NCBI GenBank assembly: GCA_945638575.1
Contig: CALZDP010000004.1
Span: 8,485 to 72,484 of the forward strand
Direction of reading: 5' to 3'
Source: an uncultured Clostridia bacterium
GTDB taxonomy: Bacteria; Bacillota; Clostridia; Christensenellales; Borkfalkiaceae
Length of the DNA: 64,000 nucleotides
Under the pieces are notes generated by a model. It was given only the letters and a program-made list of their open reading frames with translations. It did no database searches and was not told the origin of the DNA. This document shows positions 8,890 to 18,716 of this stretch, piece by piece. Position 1 is the first letter of the stretch. Each line of letters begins with the position of its first letter. The position numbers and the translations under genes are program-made.

Positions 8890-9714
8890 TTACTTGTTCT
8901 GTGAAATGATTTTTTCGCAGAATTCGTTTAAAGCGGTTACTTCGTTAAGTTCGATAAGACCGCGGTCGCAAAAGTTTGCAAGGTTTTTATCGATAGGAAG
9001 TTCGCAATAGTTTTCAATGCCGTGCATTTTAGCAATTTGTTTGGTGTTGCCCTTGCCGTAAATATAATGCTTTTCACCGCACTTATCGCAGACAAAGTAA
9101 GACATATTTTCGATTACGCCGACAATGGGTACGTGCATCATTTCCGCCATATTGACAGCCTTTTCGACTATCATAGAAACCAAATCTTGCGGAGAAGTTA
9201 CCACTATTATGCCGTCAACGGGGATAGACTGGAACACCGTCAAAGGAACGTCGCCCGTTCCCGGAGGACAGTCGATTATCATAAGGTCGACGTCGCCCCA
9301 AATTACGTCCGTCCAAAACTGCTTTACAACCCCTGCGATTATCGGTCCGCGCCATACGACGGGGTCGGTATCGTTTTCCAAAAGCATATTTACAGACATA
9401 ATCTTGGTGCCCATTTTGCTTTCCGCAGGGAAAAGACCGCTGTCGTTACCCGCAGCCTTTTCGGTTATACCGAAGGTTTTGGGAATAGACGGACCTGTTA
9501 CGTCTGCGTCGAGTACGGCAGATTTTAAGCCCATGCGTTGCGCTTCGACCGCCAAAAGCGAGGAAACGAGTGATTTACCCACGCCGCCCTTTCCGCTTAT
9601 GACAGCATAAACTTTTTTAACGTCGGACATAGCGTTTTGCGGTTCTTTTTGTATTTCGCGTTGGGCGCAATCTTCACCGCAATTCGAACAATCATGATTA
9701 CAATTTTCGCTCAT
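8890..9714 (-). CDS. Mrp/NBP35/ApbC-family ATP-binding Fe-S cluster carrier protein
   Basis: Deviant Walker A SGKGGVGKS, a CxxC pair (FVCDKCG), and an N-terminal Cys-rich CNHDCSNCGEDC. Confidence 0.85.
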   Translation of the reverse strand: MSENCNHDCSNCGEDCAQREIQKEPQNAMSDVKKVYAVISGKGGVGKSLVSSLLAVEAQRMGLKSAVLDADVTGPSIPKTFGITEKAAGNDSGLFPAESKMGTKIMSVNMLLENDTDPVVWRGPIIAGVVKQFWTDVIWGDVDLMIIDCPPGTGDVPLTVFQSIPVDGIIVVTSPQDLVSMIVEKAVNMAEMMHVPIVGVIENMSYFVCDKCGEKHYIYGKGNTKQIAKMHGIENYCELPIDKNLANFCDRGLIELNEVTALNEFCEKIISQNK

Positions 9715-9745
9715 ATTATCACCTTAAATAATTATTAACTCTCTT

Positions 9746-9769
9746 AAAAGTCAGCCTATAAGACCGTTA
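9746..9769 (+). repeat. 24-nt motif copy (AAAAGTCAGCCTATAAGACCGTTA), intergenic; its TTA is the stop codon of the LOG gene
   Basis: Read directly; one mismatch to the core CCTATAAGCCCGTTA. Confidence 0.9.
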
Positions 9770-10306
9770 TCTGTTAGTTTCAAGATATTTTATAATGTCA
9801 AACGGGTTGTCTGAGATATAAAATAAACTTTCGTATTCCTTTATAAATCCTTTGTCCTTTCCGTCCTTTATAAGCGCCGAAAGATTATCGAAAAACCCTT
9901 CTACGTTGTAAACGGCAATGGGTTTACTATGCCTTTTTAACTGCTTTGTCGCGGTAACGCCGAAAAACTCGTCGTAAGTACCGATTCCGCCGGGAACCAC
10001 AATAAAGCCGTCAGATATTTCTTCCATAATCTGCTTTCTTTCGTACATAGTATTGCAGGAAAGAATTTGACACCCGTCAAACAAAACCTTTACTTCCCCT
10101 TCCTTAAAAAAGTTCGGAGCAACGCCGATAATTTTTCCGTTGTTTTCGGTCATACCCTGCGCCGCGCTTCCCATAAGTCCCGTACAACCGCCGCCGAAAA
10201 CCAATTCGTGTCCGGATTTTGCAAGCAATTTTGCTAATTTATGTACCGCGGTTTTATAAACGTCGGCGATTTCGTCCGACGCCGAACCGTAAAGACAAAT
10301 CTTCAT
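9767..10306 (-). CDS. LOG family protein (TIGR00730, cytokinin riboside 5'-monophosphate phosphoribohydrolase-like)
   Basis: GGGCTGLMG and PGGIGTYDEF motifs; 179 aa. Confidence 0.85.
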   Translation of the reverse strand: MKICLYGSASDEIADVYKTAVHKLAKLLAKSGHELVFGGGCTGLMGSAAQGMTENNGKIIGVAPNFFKEGEVKVLFDGCQILSCNTMYERKQIMEEISDGFIVVPGGIGTYDEFFGVTATKQLKRHSKPIAVYNVEGFFDNLSALIKDGKDKGFIKEYESLFYISDNPFDIIKYLETNR

Positions 10307-10361
10307 AATTACCTTTTTATATAAATTCTTTTTGCTGTGTCCAAAATCGCTTTGTTACCGC

Positions 10362-10385
10362 AAAAAGCAGGCTATAAGCCCGTTA
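10362..10385 (+). repeat. 24-nt motif copy (AAAAAGCAGGCTATAAGCCCGTTA), intergenic between the SufB/D-like and LOG genes
   Basis: Read directly. Confidence 0.9.
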
Positions 10386-10406
10386 ACTGTGTTTTTTGTT
10401 TTAAAC

Positions 10407-11333
10407 TTATTTTAAAAATCCGTTCACGATTTCTTCTTCCGCCTGCTTTTCGGTAAGCCCTAAAGACATAAGTTTTACAAGTTGTTCGCCTGCGATTTTA
10501 CCGATAGCCGCCTCGTGAATTAAAGTTGCGTCAACGCAGTTTGCGTTGATTCTCGGGATTGCCGAAACGGTGCCGTTATCCATAATTATGGCGTCGCATT
10601 CGGTATGCCCGTTACATTTATTATTGCCGTTTACCAAAGAATTGTAAACTTGATGACTGCTGTCCTTTGCAACCGAACGTGAAATTACGTGTGCGCCGGA
10701 ATTTTCGCCGTTAAGGTCAACGGTAAAGTGCGTTTCCGCAGTCTGTTTGCCGTGAGTCATAATCTTTTCACGAATAATCAGCGTGGCGTCTTTACCCAAT
10801 ACCGCGTTTGTGGTGCGGACGGTGGAGTCAACCCCCTTTATCTGTACGGTTTCCATTTCGAGATAACCGCCTTCGTCGATTTCAACAACGGTTGTAGGAT
10901 TAAGAATTCTTTCGCCGGAGCCGTCCCCTTCGCCGTAATGCTTTTCGACATACTTAACTTTTGCGTTTTTGCCTACGTGGAAGGTGTGTATGCCGTCGTG
11001 CCGTGCGGTATCGCAACCGGGGTTATGAATTCCGCAACCGGCGACTATCAAAACGTCGGCGTTTTCACCAACGTAAAAATCGTTATATACAAGGTCGTTA
11101 AGTCCGCTTTTGGTAATAATTACGGGGATATCCACCCTTTGATTTTTGGTGTTCGGCTTAATAAAAATATCTATGCCCGATTTGTCGGTTTTGGAAACTA
11201 TATCGATATTTTCGGTAGTGCTTCTTCCTTTTAGTCTGCCGTCCTCACGAATGTTATAAGCGCCCGTCGGCACAGATTCTATGTCTGCAATGGTTGACAA
11301 AAGTTGTTTTTCAAGTGCGCTGAATTCTTTCAT
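10407..11333 (-). CDS. SufB/SufD-family Fe-S cluster assembly protein
   Basis: 308 aa with a beta-helix-like repeat region. The C-terminus HEAAIGKIAGEQLVKLMSLGLTEKQAEEEIVNGFL is typical of SufB/D. There is a 4-nt overlap with upstream sufC. Confidence 0.75.
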   Translation of the reverse strand: MKEFSALEKQLLSTIADIESVPTGAYNIREDGRLKGRSTTENIDIVSKTDKSGIDIFIKPNTKNQRVDIPVIITKSGLNDLVYNDFYVGENADVLIVAGCGIHNPGCDTARHDGIHTFHVGKNAKVKYVEKHYGEGDGSGERILNPTTVVEIDEGGYLEMETVQIKGVDSTVRTTNAVLGKDATLIIREKIMTHGKQTAETHFTVDLNGENSGAHVISRSVAKDSSHQVYNSLVNGNNKCNGHTECDAIIMDNGTVSAIPRINANCVDATLIHEAAIGKIAGEQLVKLMSLGLTEKQAEEEIVNGFLK

Positions 11334-12055
11334 GCCTTCACCCCGTTTTCAAGCATTTTGCAGTTTTTTGCCAAAAATAGTTTGTTCATAACCTCTTTCG
11401 GAGCGCCGTCCTCGGTAATTTTGCCGTCGGCTATAACAATTATGCGGTCGGCAATATTAAGTATTCTTTCTTGATGAGAGATAACTATCAAAGAACCGCC
11501 CATTTTATCGCGCAATTTTTCAAAAACTTTTATAAGATTGGTAAAACTCCACAAATCGATGCCCGCTTCCGGTTCGTCGAAAACCGAAAGTTTTGCACCG
11601 CGCGCCATAGCGGTGGCGATTTCTATTCTTTTAAGTTCACCGCCGGACAAACTTGCGTTAACCTCTCTGTTGACATACTCTCTTGCGCACAGTCCGACTT
11701 CGGAAAGATATTCGCAGATTTCGTTCATTTTAAGTTTTCTTTCGCCTGCAAAATTTATAAGGTCGCTTACCGTAATGCCTTTAAACCTTACCGGCTGTTG
11801 AAAGGCAAAACTTATACCTTCTTTAGCCCTTTCGGTTATAGATAATTGGGTAATATCCCGACCTTCGAACATAATTCTGCCCTCGGTGGGTTTAATTATG
11901 CCCATTATAAGTTTGGCAAGGGTAGACTTACCGCCCCCGTTAGGGCCGGTAAGACAGGTAAATTTTTGGTCTATTTCAAAACTTACGTTTTTTATAATTT
12001 CTTTTTCGCCGTCGGCGTTACTTGCAACGTAACTTACGTTTTTAAATTCTAACAT
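11330..12055 (-). CDS. sufC: Fe-S cluster assembly ATPase SufC
   Basis: Walker A GPNGGGKST, signature LSGGELKR, Walker B LSVFDEPEAGID; 241 aa; adjacent to the sufB/D-like gene. Confidence 0.85.
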   Translation of the reverse strand: MLEFKNVSYVASNADGEKEIIKNVSFEIDQKFTCLTGPNGGGKSTLAKLIMGIIKPTEGRIMFEGRDITQLSITERAKEGISFAFQQPVRFKGITVSDLINFAGERKLKMNEICEYLSEVGLCAREYVNREVNASLSGGELKRIEIATAMARGAKLSVFDEPEAGIDLWSFTNLIKVFEKLRDKMGGSLIVISHQERILNIADRIIVIADGKITEDGAPKEVMNKLFLAKNCKMLENGVKA

Positions 12056-12097
12056 ATCGGTTAAACTGTTTTAATAATCTTAGCCCTCTTAGTTACT

Positions 12098-12952
12098 TTA
12101 TGCGGCTATTTCGGTTTCGACTTCTTCTATAGGTCCGTAAGAATTTATACATTCGTACATAAGAGCCCTTACTTCTTCGCCTATTTCGGAAGTATGTTTA
12201 TTTTCTATCTCTTCCGGTTTTATTACCTTTATCAAATCAAGATATACTTTCGTTCTTTTAAAGGGGAAATTTTTGGTTATGTTTTCGGTCCCGTTAACGC
12301 AAAGGACTACTATGGGAACGCCTGCCCTTAAAGCAATTTTAAAGCAACCGTTTTTGAAGGGAAGAAGATCGCGTCTGTGTTTATTTCTTGTTCCTTCCGG
12401 ACAAATACCTATCGAGTATTCCCCTTCTTTAAGATAGTCAACCGCCTGTCCTATAACCGCAAGCGCATTTTTGGGATCGGTTTTCGGCATAAGCAAAAAA
12501 CCCGATTTATGTATGGCAGGACCTGCAATGGGAATTTTGAAGTTACCGGGCTTTGACACCATAAGCGGTTTATATTTTTTATAAACCTTAGAAACTATCA
12601 TGGTATCGAAGTTAGAGCGGTGATTTATCACAAACATGTACGGACCTTCGCCCAACTTTTCCTTCTCGTTAATCTTCAAGTCTATGCCCGACCAAAGAAT
12701 CAAGAAGGAATTTACAATATTATACATGCAAAACCAAAACTTGCTCGGTTTTTTTACAGGCTTATGTACGTTTATAAAAGAGGTTGCGATAAACAGCAAA
12801 ACAATGAGCAATAAAGCCGAACCGACGGTACAACCGATAAATAAAAGTATGGGTATCCATATATCGGATATATCCGTATACAATCCGCCGAGTACCGTAA
12901 TCAAAGCGGTAAATCCCGCGCCCATTATCGCACTTATAATAGTCATCAACAT
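12098..12952 (-). CDS. plsC: 1-acyl-sn-glycerol-3-phosphate acyltransferase family protein
   Basis: Two N-terminal TM helices, HX4D motif NHRSNFD, and a PEGTR motif. Confidence 0.75.
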   Translation of the reverse strand: MLMTIISAIMGAGFTALITVLGGLYTDISDIWIPILLFIGCTVGSALLLIVLLFIATSFINVHKPVKKPSKFWFCMYNIVNSFLILWSGIDLKINEKEKLGEGPYMFVINHRSNFDTMIVSKVYKKYKPLMVSKPGNFKIPIAGPAIHKSGFLLMPKTDPKNALAVIGQAVDYLKEGEYSIGICPEGTRNKHRRDLLPFKNGCFKIALRAGVPIVVLCVNGTENITKNFPFKRTKVYLDLIKVIKPEEIENKHTSEIGEEVRALMYECINSYGPIEEVETEIAA

Positions 12953-12993
12953 ATTGTAAAACCTTGCAAACCAGTGATTAAATTTTTAATAAA

Positions 12994-13848
12994 TTATTTT
13001 TCCGTTTTTACGGTATAAGTAGTAATGTTTCTGTTGGTTTCGCCGTCCACTTGAAGAGCGCAAGGTTTAGAGAAGGAAACGGTTACTTCGTTACCTTCGA
13101 TAACGTCAACGATGGGGCTTGTTACGTGTTTACCCGTGAAAATTTTAGGGAAAACCAAAAGCATTCTCAATCTTGACCAACCGCGAGCAACAACGACGGT
13201 TACGGTGTGCTTTTCGTTAAGCCTGTCTTGTCCGGGGGCAACCATCATACCGCCGCCGTAAAATCTGCCGTTCATAGTAGGACAAATCCAAACGTTTTTA
13301 TATGTTTTGGTAACACCGTCGACAGTTACCACGGCGTCACGGCGTTTAAATTTGTAAAGACACTGCTTTACGGCAATAGAAGTATAGTTAATCGGTTTGT
13401 CCGATTTTAGTTTGATATCGTCGGCTACTTCACAGCAAACGCCGTCAATGCCGTAACCTATACCGTTAATGAAGCGGAAACTTTTACCGTCAACATATAC
13501 GGTGGGCAAGTTTTTAAGATACTTATTTATCTGTACCATTCCGTCAACAACCAAATCTTTGCCCAAATCGTTGCAAAAATCGTTACCGGTTCCGGCAGGA
13601 CAGAAGTACACGGGGGGAAGATCTAATCCGTATGTATAATTGGCAAATCTTTGCAAAGTGCCGTCTCCGCCGACAAGGTATATGGCGTCGTTTGATTTAT
13701 CTAAATTTTTTATAAATGAGGCTAAATCTTCGGGACTTCTTTTTGTAACGTCGACTTCGTTCATACGGCCGAGTTTGGAAAAAAGTTCGTCAACTTTTAC
13801 TTTTCCCCGTTTGTTGTTTGCCATAGGGTTAAATAAACAATAATTCAT
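12994..13848 (-). CDS. Diacylglycerol/lipid kinase family protein (DAGK catalytic domain, YegS/DagK-like)
   Basis: GGDGT motif (LVGGDGTLQ), GTGNDF, 284 aa. Confidence 0.75.
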   Translation of the reverse strand: MNYCLFNPMANNKRGKVKVDELFSKLGRMNEVDVTKRSPEDLASFIKNLDKSNDAIYLVGGDGTLQRFANYTYGLDLPPVYFCPAGTGNDFCNDLGKDLVVDGMVQINKYLKNLPTVYVDGKSFRFINGIGYGIDGVCCEVADDIKLKSDKPINYTSIAVKQCLYKFKRRDAVVTVDGVTKTYKNVWICPTMNGRFYGGGMMVAPGQDRLNEKHTVTVVVARGWSRLRMLLVFPKIFTGKHVTSPIVDVIEGNEVTVSFSKPCALQVDGETNRNITTYTVKTEK

Positions 13849-14094
13849 AGTTCACCTTAAATTCATAGTTTACGGCATTTACACCGCCGCGCTATACATT
13901 ATAGCACACCGATTTAATAAATTCCATAGTTTTAGGCGTGTTTTTACTTTTTTGTCAAAAATTGACAACAAATTCCGCTATGTTGCATTGTTTTAACCGT
14001 AATTTTTAACGGTTTTTAAGTTTTTACGCTTTTTTACCGCCGAAAAAACTCCGCCTTTTCCTTCTTAATCTTGATAAATTTTCCTTTTGAAAGG

Positions 14095-14138
14095 TTACAA
14101 AAAAGATGGCCGCCTGACGAATCAGACGGACATCTTTT
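14095..14138 (-). terminator. Rho-independent terminator after the anti-sigma gene
   Basis: Minus strand GATGTCCGTCTGA-TTCG-TCAGGCGGCCATC followed by TTTTTT. Confidence 0.8.
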
Positions 14139-14213
14139 AATATTTCTATATTTTGTAGGAGAGCGAATTAGCAATTTAATAATTTTAACTTAGAAACCTA
14201 TAAAGCCCAAAAA

Positions 14214-15302
14214 TCAGCCGAACAGGTCCTTTAAAACGTCGTACTTTTCAAGCGCATAATCTAACGCCATAAGTTCCAACATGGTTTTATCGCGAAGAGA
14301 TTCCACCGTGTACGAAGAATCACGACACATTATACTGTATATTACGTTGAATTTAGCCCTTTCGGATTCGGTAACAAACCCGTTTTTAACGGCTTCTTCT
14401 TCGATATCCTTGTTAAGTTTGTCGATGTTTGAAGCCTTCATTTCATTTAACTTAGACTTAAGTTCGACGGTGGATAAAGAAGTAATTTCTTCCATATCGC
14501 AACCGAATTCGGTCAAGGTCTTGTAAAGTTCGTAGCGCATAGGCGAAATGTTTTGCTTGTGCGCCGTTTCGATATCTTCTTCGGAAATATAGTTTACAAG
14601 AGATTTTTGCAGGTTGTTAAGCCTTGCCATAGAAAGATCGGAAAGTTTTTCAAGCGTATAACTGTCGTCAAGCGCCAAAACTTCACAGATAATGCTGTAT
14701 TTTAAGGGGGAAATGTTTTCCTTTGCCGCTTTTTTACGCTGATCTTCGGTAAACGCACCGGTAAATACTTCAACCGAATAGCCTTGCTGTTCGGTCAAAT
14801 CGGTCAAGCGGTAATAAAGGGCTTCGATTGTTTGAGTTATCCCTTTATACGAACCTGAATAACCGCTTATAAAAAGTTCGGCATCATTTGAAAAATATCC
14901 GTTTTCGGATAGTACGGTCGTAATAACCGTAACCGCTTCTTCGGGGCTTCTTCCTTTCAAACTTATGCCTTTAAGACAGTCTTTGGCGTCGTCGTTTATA
15001 AGATTTACGCCGCTTACCACGCCGAAACGGTTAACTTCGACTTCGATTGACGGGTTGACGTCAAGATAAACTTCGTAATAACTTTCGCTGTAAAAACCGA
15101 GAAGGGTAATCGACGCTATAAGCGTCAAAACCAAAGCGCTTAAAACCGCGCCGTAACGGCGCATCGTCAAAAAGAACCTGTTTATCGGCTTTTCGATTAC
15201 GGGGATTTTTGCCGCGCTTTTCAGTACCCTTTCTTTTAGCGCGTCGGAAGGGAGTACGGGCTTGACGTTATTAAACAAATTTTCAAAATCTTTATTTTTC
15301 AT
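14214..15302 (-). CDS. Putative membrane-anchored anti-sigma factor
   Basis: 4-nt overlap with the upstream ECF sigma gene. It has a short cytoplasmic N-terminus and one TM helix (AVLSALVLTLIASITLLGF). The extracytoplasmic part contains three ~35-aa related modules (ISPLKYSIICEVLALDDSYTLEKL / ISPMRYELYKTL... / KFNVIYSIMCRDSSYTVESL). Confidence 0.5.
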   Translation of the reverse strand: MKNKDFENLFNNVKPVLPSDALKERVLKSAAKIPVIEKPINRFFLTMRRYGAVLSALVLTLIASITLLGFYSESYYEVYLDVNPSIEVEVNRFGVVSGVNLINDDAKDCLKGISLKGRSPEEAVTVITTVLSENGYFSNDAELFISGYSGSYKGITQTIEALYYRLTDLTEQQGYSVEVFTGAFTEDQRKKAAKENISPLKYSIICEVLALDDSYTLEKLSDLSMARLNNLQKSLVNYISEEDIETAHKQNISPMRYELYKTLTEFGCDMEEITSLSTVELKSKLNEMKASNIDKLNKDIEEEAVKNGFVTESERAKFNVIYSIMCRDSSYTVESLRDKTMLELMALDYALEKYDVLKDLFG

Positions 15303-15862
15303 TTTCCGTACCTCCTTTCATATTCTTTACGGACCTTGGTAATTGCGTTGTGATATTGCCACCTGACCGTGGCTTCGATTCTGCCTAAAAAGGAAGCGAT
15401 TTCTTTAAAAGGCATACCGTATACCGCGTGGAATAATAAAATTTCATACTCGCCGTCATTTAAAACCTGTCGGCTCAGTTTTATAATTCCGGATTCGTCA
15501 AACGCCGAAGGCGAGTCGACCGAACTTTCGCTGTAATACTTGCCGACGGATACAGAATCGGTAAAATCCACCGACTGCGTACGACCGTTTCTTTGCAAGG
15601 ACTTTAAACAGATGTTTTTCGTTATGGTATACACCCAGTTAAAACCGCTTGTGCCGTTGTACATTTCGATTTTGCTTTTTATGGTTAAAAAGGCTTCTTG
15701 CAAAGCGTCTTCGCTATCCTGCGTGTTATGAAAGTATCCGTAACACAACGCAAAAAGCGGTTTGGAGACACAGTCGTAAAGTTTTTCCATCGCTTCAGGA
15801 TTGCCTGCACGCATTTCAGTTAAATATCGGTCTACTTCGCGACCGGAAAATTTCTCGCTCAT
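15299..15862 (-). CDS. RNA polymerase sigma-70 family, ECF-type sigma factor
   Basis: Region 2 (DSEDALQEAFLTI..., NWVYTITKNICL) and region 4 HTH (GMPFKEIASFLGRIEATVRWQYHNAITKVR); 187 aa. Confidence 0.8.
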   Translation of the reverse strand: MSEKFSGREVDRYLTEMRAGNPEAMEKLYDCVSKPLFALCYGYFHNTQDSEDALQEAFLTIKSKIEMYNGTSGFNWVYTITKNICLKSLQRNGRTQSVDFTDSVSVGKYYSESSVDSPSAFDESGIIKLSRQVLNDGEYEILLFHAVYGMPFKEIASFLGRIEATVRWQYHNAITKVRKEYERRYGK

Positions 15863-15982
15863 AGACTATCTAAAGGACATATCGACATAGAAAACGTGCT
15901 ACAACAAACGCCGCCTACGCGGTAACCACCCGTATTCGGATCGAAAAACTTGTTAGAAGCGTCCTCCCTCCGTTTTTCATTT

Positions 15983-15991
15983 ATTATACCA
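15983..15991 (-). promoter_or_regulatory. Candidate extended -10 element (TGgTATAAT) upstream of the ECF sigma gene
   Basis: Minus strand reads AATGGTATAATAA about 120 nt upstream of the start codon. The -35 is poor. Confidence 0.3.
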
Positions 15992-16083
15992 TTAAATTGC
16001 TCCTTTCGTTTGATTTTTTGCCATATTTTTGAAAAATTTTTTGTAAAAACATTTTTGTCCGTGTAACTTAACGAAAACGCTAA

Positions 16084-16131
16084 ATAAAAAGCGCCCGTAT
16101 CCTATCTGTCTTTAGGACTAAAGGGCGCTGT
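16084..16131 (-). terminator. Rho-independent terminator after the CPBP protease gene
   Basis: Minus strand AGCGCCC...GGGCGCT stem followed by TTTTT. Confidence 0.7.
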
Positions 16132-16186
16132 CACCTTAGCGGCAATTTTAAGTTATTTGTATTTTCGGTTTCGTAATTTTTAAATA

Positions 16187-16210
16187 AAAAGTGGGCCTAT
16201 AGGTCGATTA
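16187..16210 (+). repeat. Diverged motif copy (AAAAGTGGGCCTATAGGTCGATTA); its TTA is the stop codon of the CPBP gene
   Basis: Read directly; several substitutions in the 3' half. Confidence 0.65.
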
Positions 16211-16966
16211 ACTTCTGTTTTTTAAAAACAGTCCTTCACGCTTGCCTTCCGACTTCATATAGTTTATAAAGATATATATTATGGAAACGGCGCCGAATAG
16301 GGCTGTTAAAATTATAAAGGTCAAGTCAACCGAACCGCTGCCTAAAACAGGAATTATTTTTCCGCCGAAATTAAAAACAAAATGAATTAAAGCGGTAATA
16401 AATAAATTTTTGGTTTTGATTGCCGTAAATGACAGCATAAGCCCCAATATAAAAGTGTACACCGCTTGCCCAAGCGTTATTAAAAATCCCGCGCCGTACA
16501 GTAGATTTGTAAAATGCCATAATCCGAATACCGCGGAAGATACCAAACAGGTTTTTAGTATCGGAAATTTTTTATCAAATTTTTTAAGTAAAAAATCTAA
16601 AAGTATTCCCCTAAAAAACAATTCTTCGGCAAAAGCGGTTAAAAGACAGGACAGGGTAAAAATCCAAATTAAGTCCGCTCTGTCGATTTTTGCGCTGCCG
16701 AAAATAAGCGAAGTAAAAGGAAAGTTAACTATTGCCGTTACAAATAAAGGCGTCGCCCACAAAAACCCTTTTTTGTTTATAAAGGGAATTTTCATCGAAC
16801 AAAAAACCGCCGCAACGTAAACGGTAATCGCTGACTTTTGCAAAACTTCTTTAACAAGTCTGTCATAAGTTAAGTCGTTAGGAACAATAGTAAAAAGATT
16901 GCAAACAGCAACGACTAAGCAAACCATTATTATGCCTGCGACTAAGTAAAAATTACGTTTTTTCAT
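16208..16966 (-). CDS. CPBP family intramembrane glutamic endopeptidase (CAAX protease-like)
   Basis: Polytopic membrane protein with EELFFRG, FGLWH and HFVFN motifs. Confidence 0.8.
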   Translation of the reverse strand: MKKRNFYLVAGIIMVCLVVAVCNLFTIVPNDLTYDRLVKEVLQKSAITVYVAAVFCSMKIPFINKKGFLWATPLFVTAIVNFPFTSLIFGSAKIDRADLIWIFTLSCLLTAFAEELFFRGILLDFLLKKFDKKFPILKTCLVSSAVFGLWHFTNLLYGAGFLITLGQAVYTFILGLMLSFTAIKTKNLFITALIHFVFNFGGKIIPVLGSGSVDLTFIILTALFGAVSIIYIFINYMKSEGKREGLFLKNRS

Positions 16967-16980
16967 TAAAAAACATCAAT

Positions 16981-17004
16981 TAACGGGCTTATAGCCTTAC
17001 TTTT
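16981..17004 (-). repeat. 24-nt motif copy, reverse orientation (TAACGGGCTTATAGCCTTACTTTT), between the PepF and CPBP genes; overlaps the pepF stop
   Basis: Read directly. Confidence 0.9.
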
Positions 17005-18697
17005 ATATTTTTTGCAGGTCTTTGCAAATCTTTAAAGAGAAATCTGCAACTTCTTTTAAAGCGCCCTTTTCAAACGGCGATTTAAGATTTGCCAACCTTA
17101 CAAGTTCGCTAAACGGATATCTTCCGCCGCGCTTTACGTGGTCGAAATACCTAAGCAAGGCTTCGTTATAATCTTTTTGAGAGGCTTCTAAAAACTCGAG
17201 CGCGATAACTTGCGCCAAGCAATAATCGATGTAGTAAAAGGGGCTTTCGTAAATGTGCATTTGAAACTGCCAACGAGTGCCTTCATCCAAATAAGGTATG
17301 CCTTCGTAAGTCATATACGGACGATACTTTTTTTCCAACTTTAAATAGGCGTCGTTTCTTTCCTTAGGCGTCATATCGGGGTTTTCGTAAACGATATGCT
17401 GAAACTCGTCCACGATAACGCCGTAAGGGATAAAAGTCAAACAGTTTTCAAGATGTTTTAACTTATATTCTTCGGGGTTATTGAAGAACTTGTCCATATA
17501 CTTCCATGCAAAAAATTCCATACTCATGGAATGGGTTTCGGCGGTTTCCATACTGCCGATTCCGGCTTCCTTATCGCCGAATTCGAAACACAAAATATCG
17601 GCAAGCGCGTGCCCGAACTCATGGGTTACCACGTCTATGTCGCCGGAAGATCCGTTAAAGGTGGCAAGTATAAACGGCTGTTTGAACTTTTCAAAGGAAG
17701 TGCAGTATCCGCCGCCCCACTTACCGTCGCGCGCTTCGGTATCGAAGGCTTCGGCGGAAAGCATTTTATCTATGGCGCTTCCCGTAACATCGCTCATTTC
17801 GGTATACATTCGGCGTGCACTGTCTAAAATCTCTTCACCCTGCACACAGGGTACGGGCGCGGTAGGAATTTCGGTTACGTCGTTATCGTAAAAATAAATT
17901 TTGTCAAGGTTTAAACTTTTTTGAACGTAATTTTTGATTTTTGAAACCACAGGGACAATATCCGTTGCCACGTTTTCACGAAAACTTTTAACCATTTCTT
18001 CGTCGTAATCGATTCTGTCCATACGCAGATAGCCGAGTTCAACAAAGTTTTTGTAGCCGAGTTTTTTCGCCATACGGGTACGAACTTTTACAAGTTTATC
18101 GTAAATTAAGTCAAGTTTATTTGAAACCGACTTTAATCCGTTGCCTATGGAAATAGCCGCTTGACGCCTTACCTCTCTGTCGGTGTCCTCCAAAAAACCG
18201 CGGATATAACTTATCGTTCGCTTTTCACCGCGGAAATCGGTAGTCAGTTGCGACATAAGGTCGGAATATTCGGTAACCAAAGCGTTTTCTTCCCGTTCGT
18301 CGTCCTCGATCTCTTTAGAGTGGCTTTTTATTGCACATTCGTAATATTTAAACAAAGTTATCGGCAAAACCTTACAAAGTTCTTCACGGTAAGGGCATTT
18401 TAGCATTAAACGGTAATATTCGTTGACGTAACCTTGTACGGTAGGAGAAATTTCATCGTAATATTCTTTTTCGGCACGATAAAATTCGTCGTAAGAGTTA
18501 AGCGTATAGCGTGTGTTTGCCAAAGAATCCTGTGTGGAATATTCCTCTAACACGTCAAGAAATTTATCCCTTGCCGACAAAACGTCGTCGGCGTTTTTTG
18601 AAGCGCTTTGCGCCGACTTAAAGTCTTTTAAGGCGGTTTCGATTAAGTTTAATTCAAACCTTTTATACGGTAAGTCTTTGCATTTAATGATTCCCAT
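17003..18697 (-). CDS. pepF: M3 family oligoendopeptidase (PepF-like)
   Basis: 564 aa, zinc motif HEFGH, overall M3B architecture. Confidence 0.85.
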   Translation of the reverse strand: MGIIKCKDLPYKRFELNLIETALKDFKSAQSASKNADDVLSARDKFLDVLEEYSTQDSLANTRYTLNSYDEFYRAEKEYYDEISPTVQGYVNEYYRLMLKCPYREELCKVLPITLFKYYECAIKSHSKEIEDDEREENALVTEYSDLMSQLTTDFRGEKRTISYIRGFLEDTDREVRRQAAISIGNGLKSVSNKLDLIYDKLVKVRTRMAKKLGYKNFVELGYLRMDRIDYDEEMVKSFRENVATDIVPVVSKIKNYVQKSLNLDKIYFYDNDVTEIPTAPVPCVQGEEILDSARRMYTEMSDVTGSAIDKMLSAEAFDTEARDGKWGGGYCTSFEKFKQPFILATFNGSSGDIDVVTHEFGHALADILCFEFGDKEAGIGSMETAETHSMSMEFFAWKYMDKFFNNPEEYKLKHLENCLTFIPYGVIVDEFQHIVYENPDMTPKERNDAYLKLEKKYRPYMTYEGIPYLDEGTRWQFQMHIYESPFYYIDYCLAQVIALEFLEASQKDYNEALLRYFDHVKRGGRYPFSELVRLANLKSPFEKGALKEVADFSLKICKDLQKI

Positions 18698-18716
18698 ATC
18701 TTCTCCTTTTAGGTTA

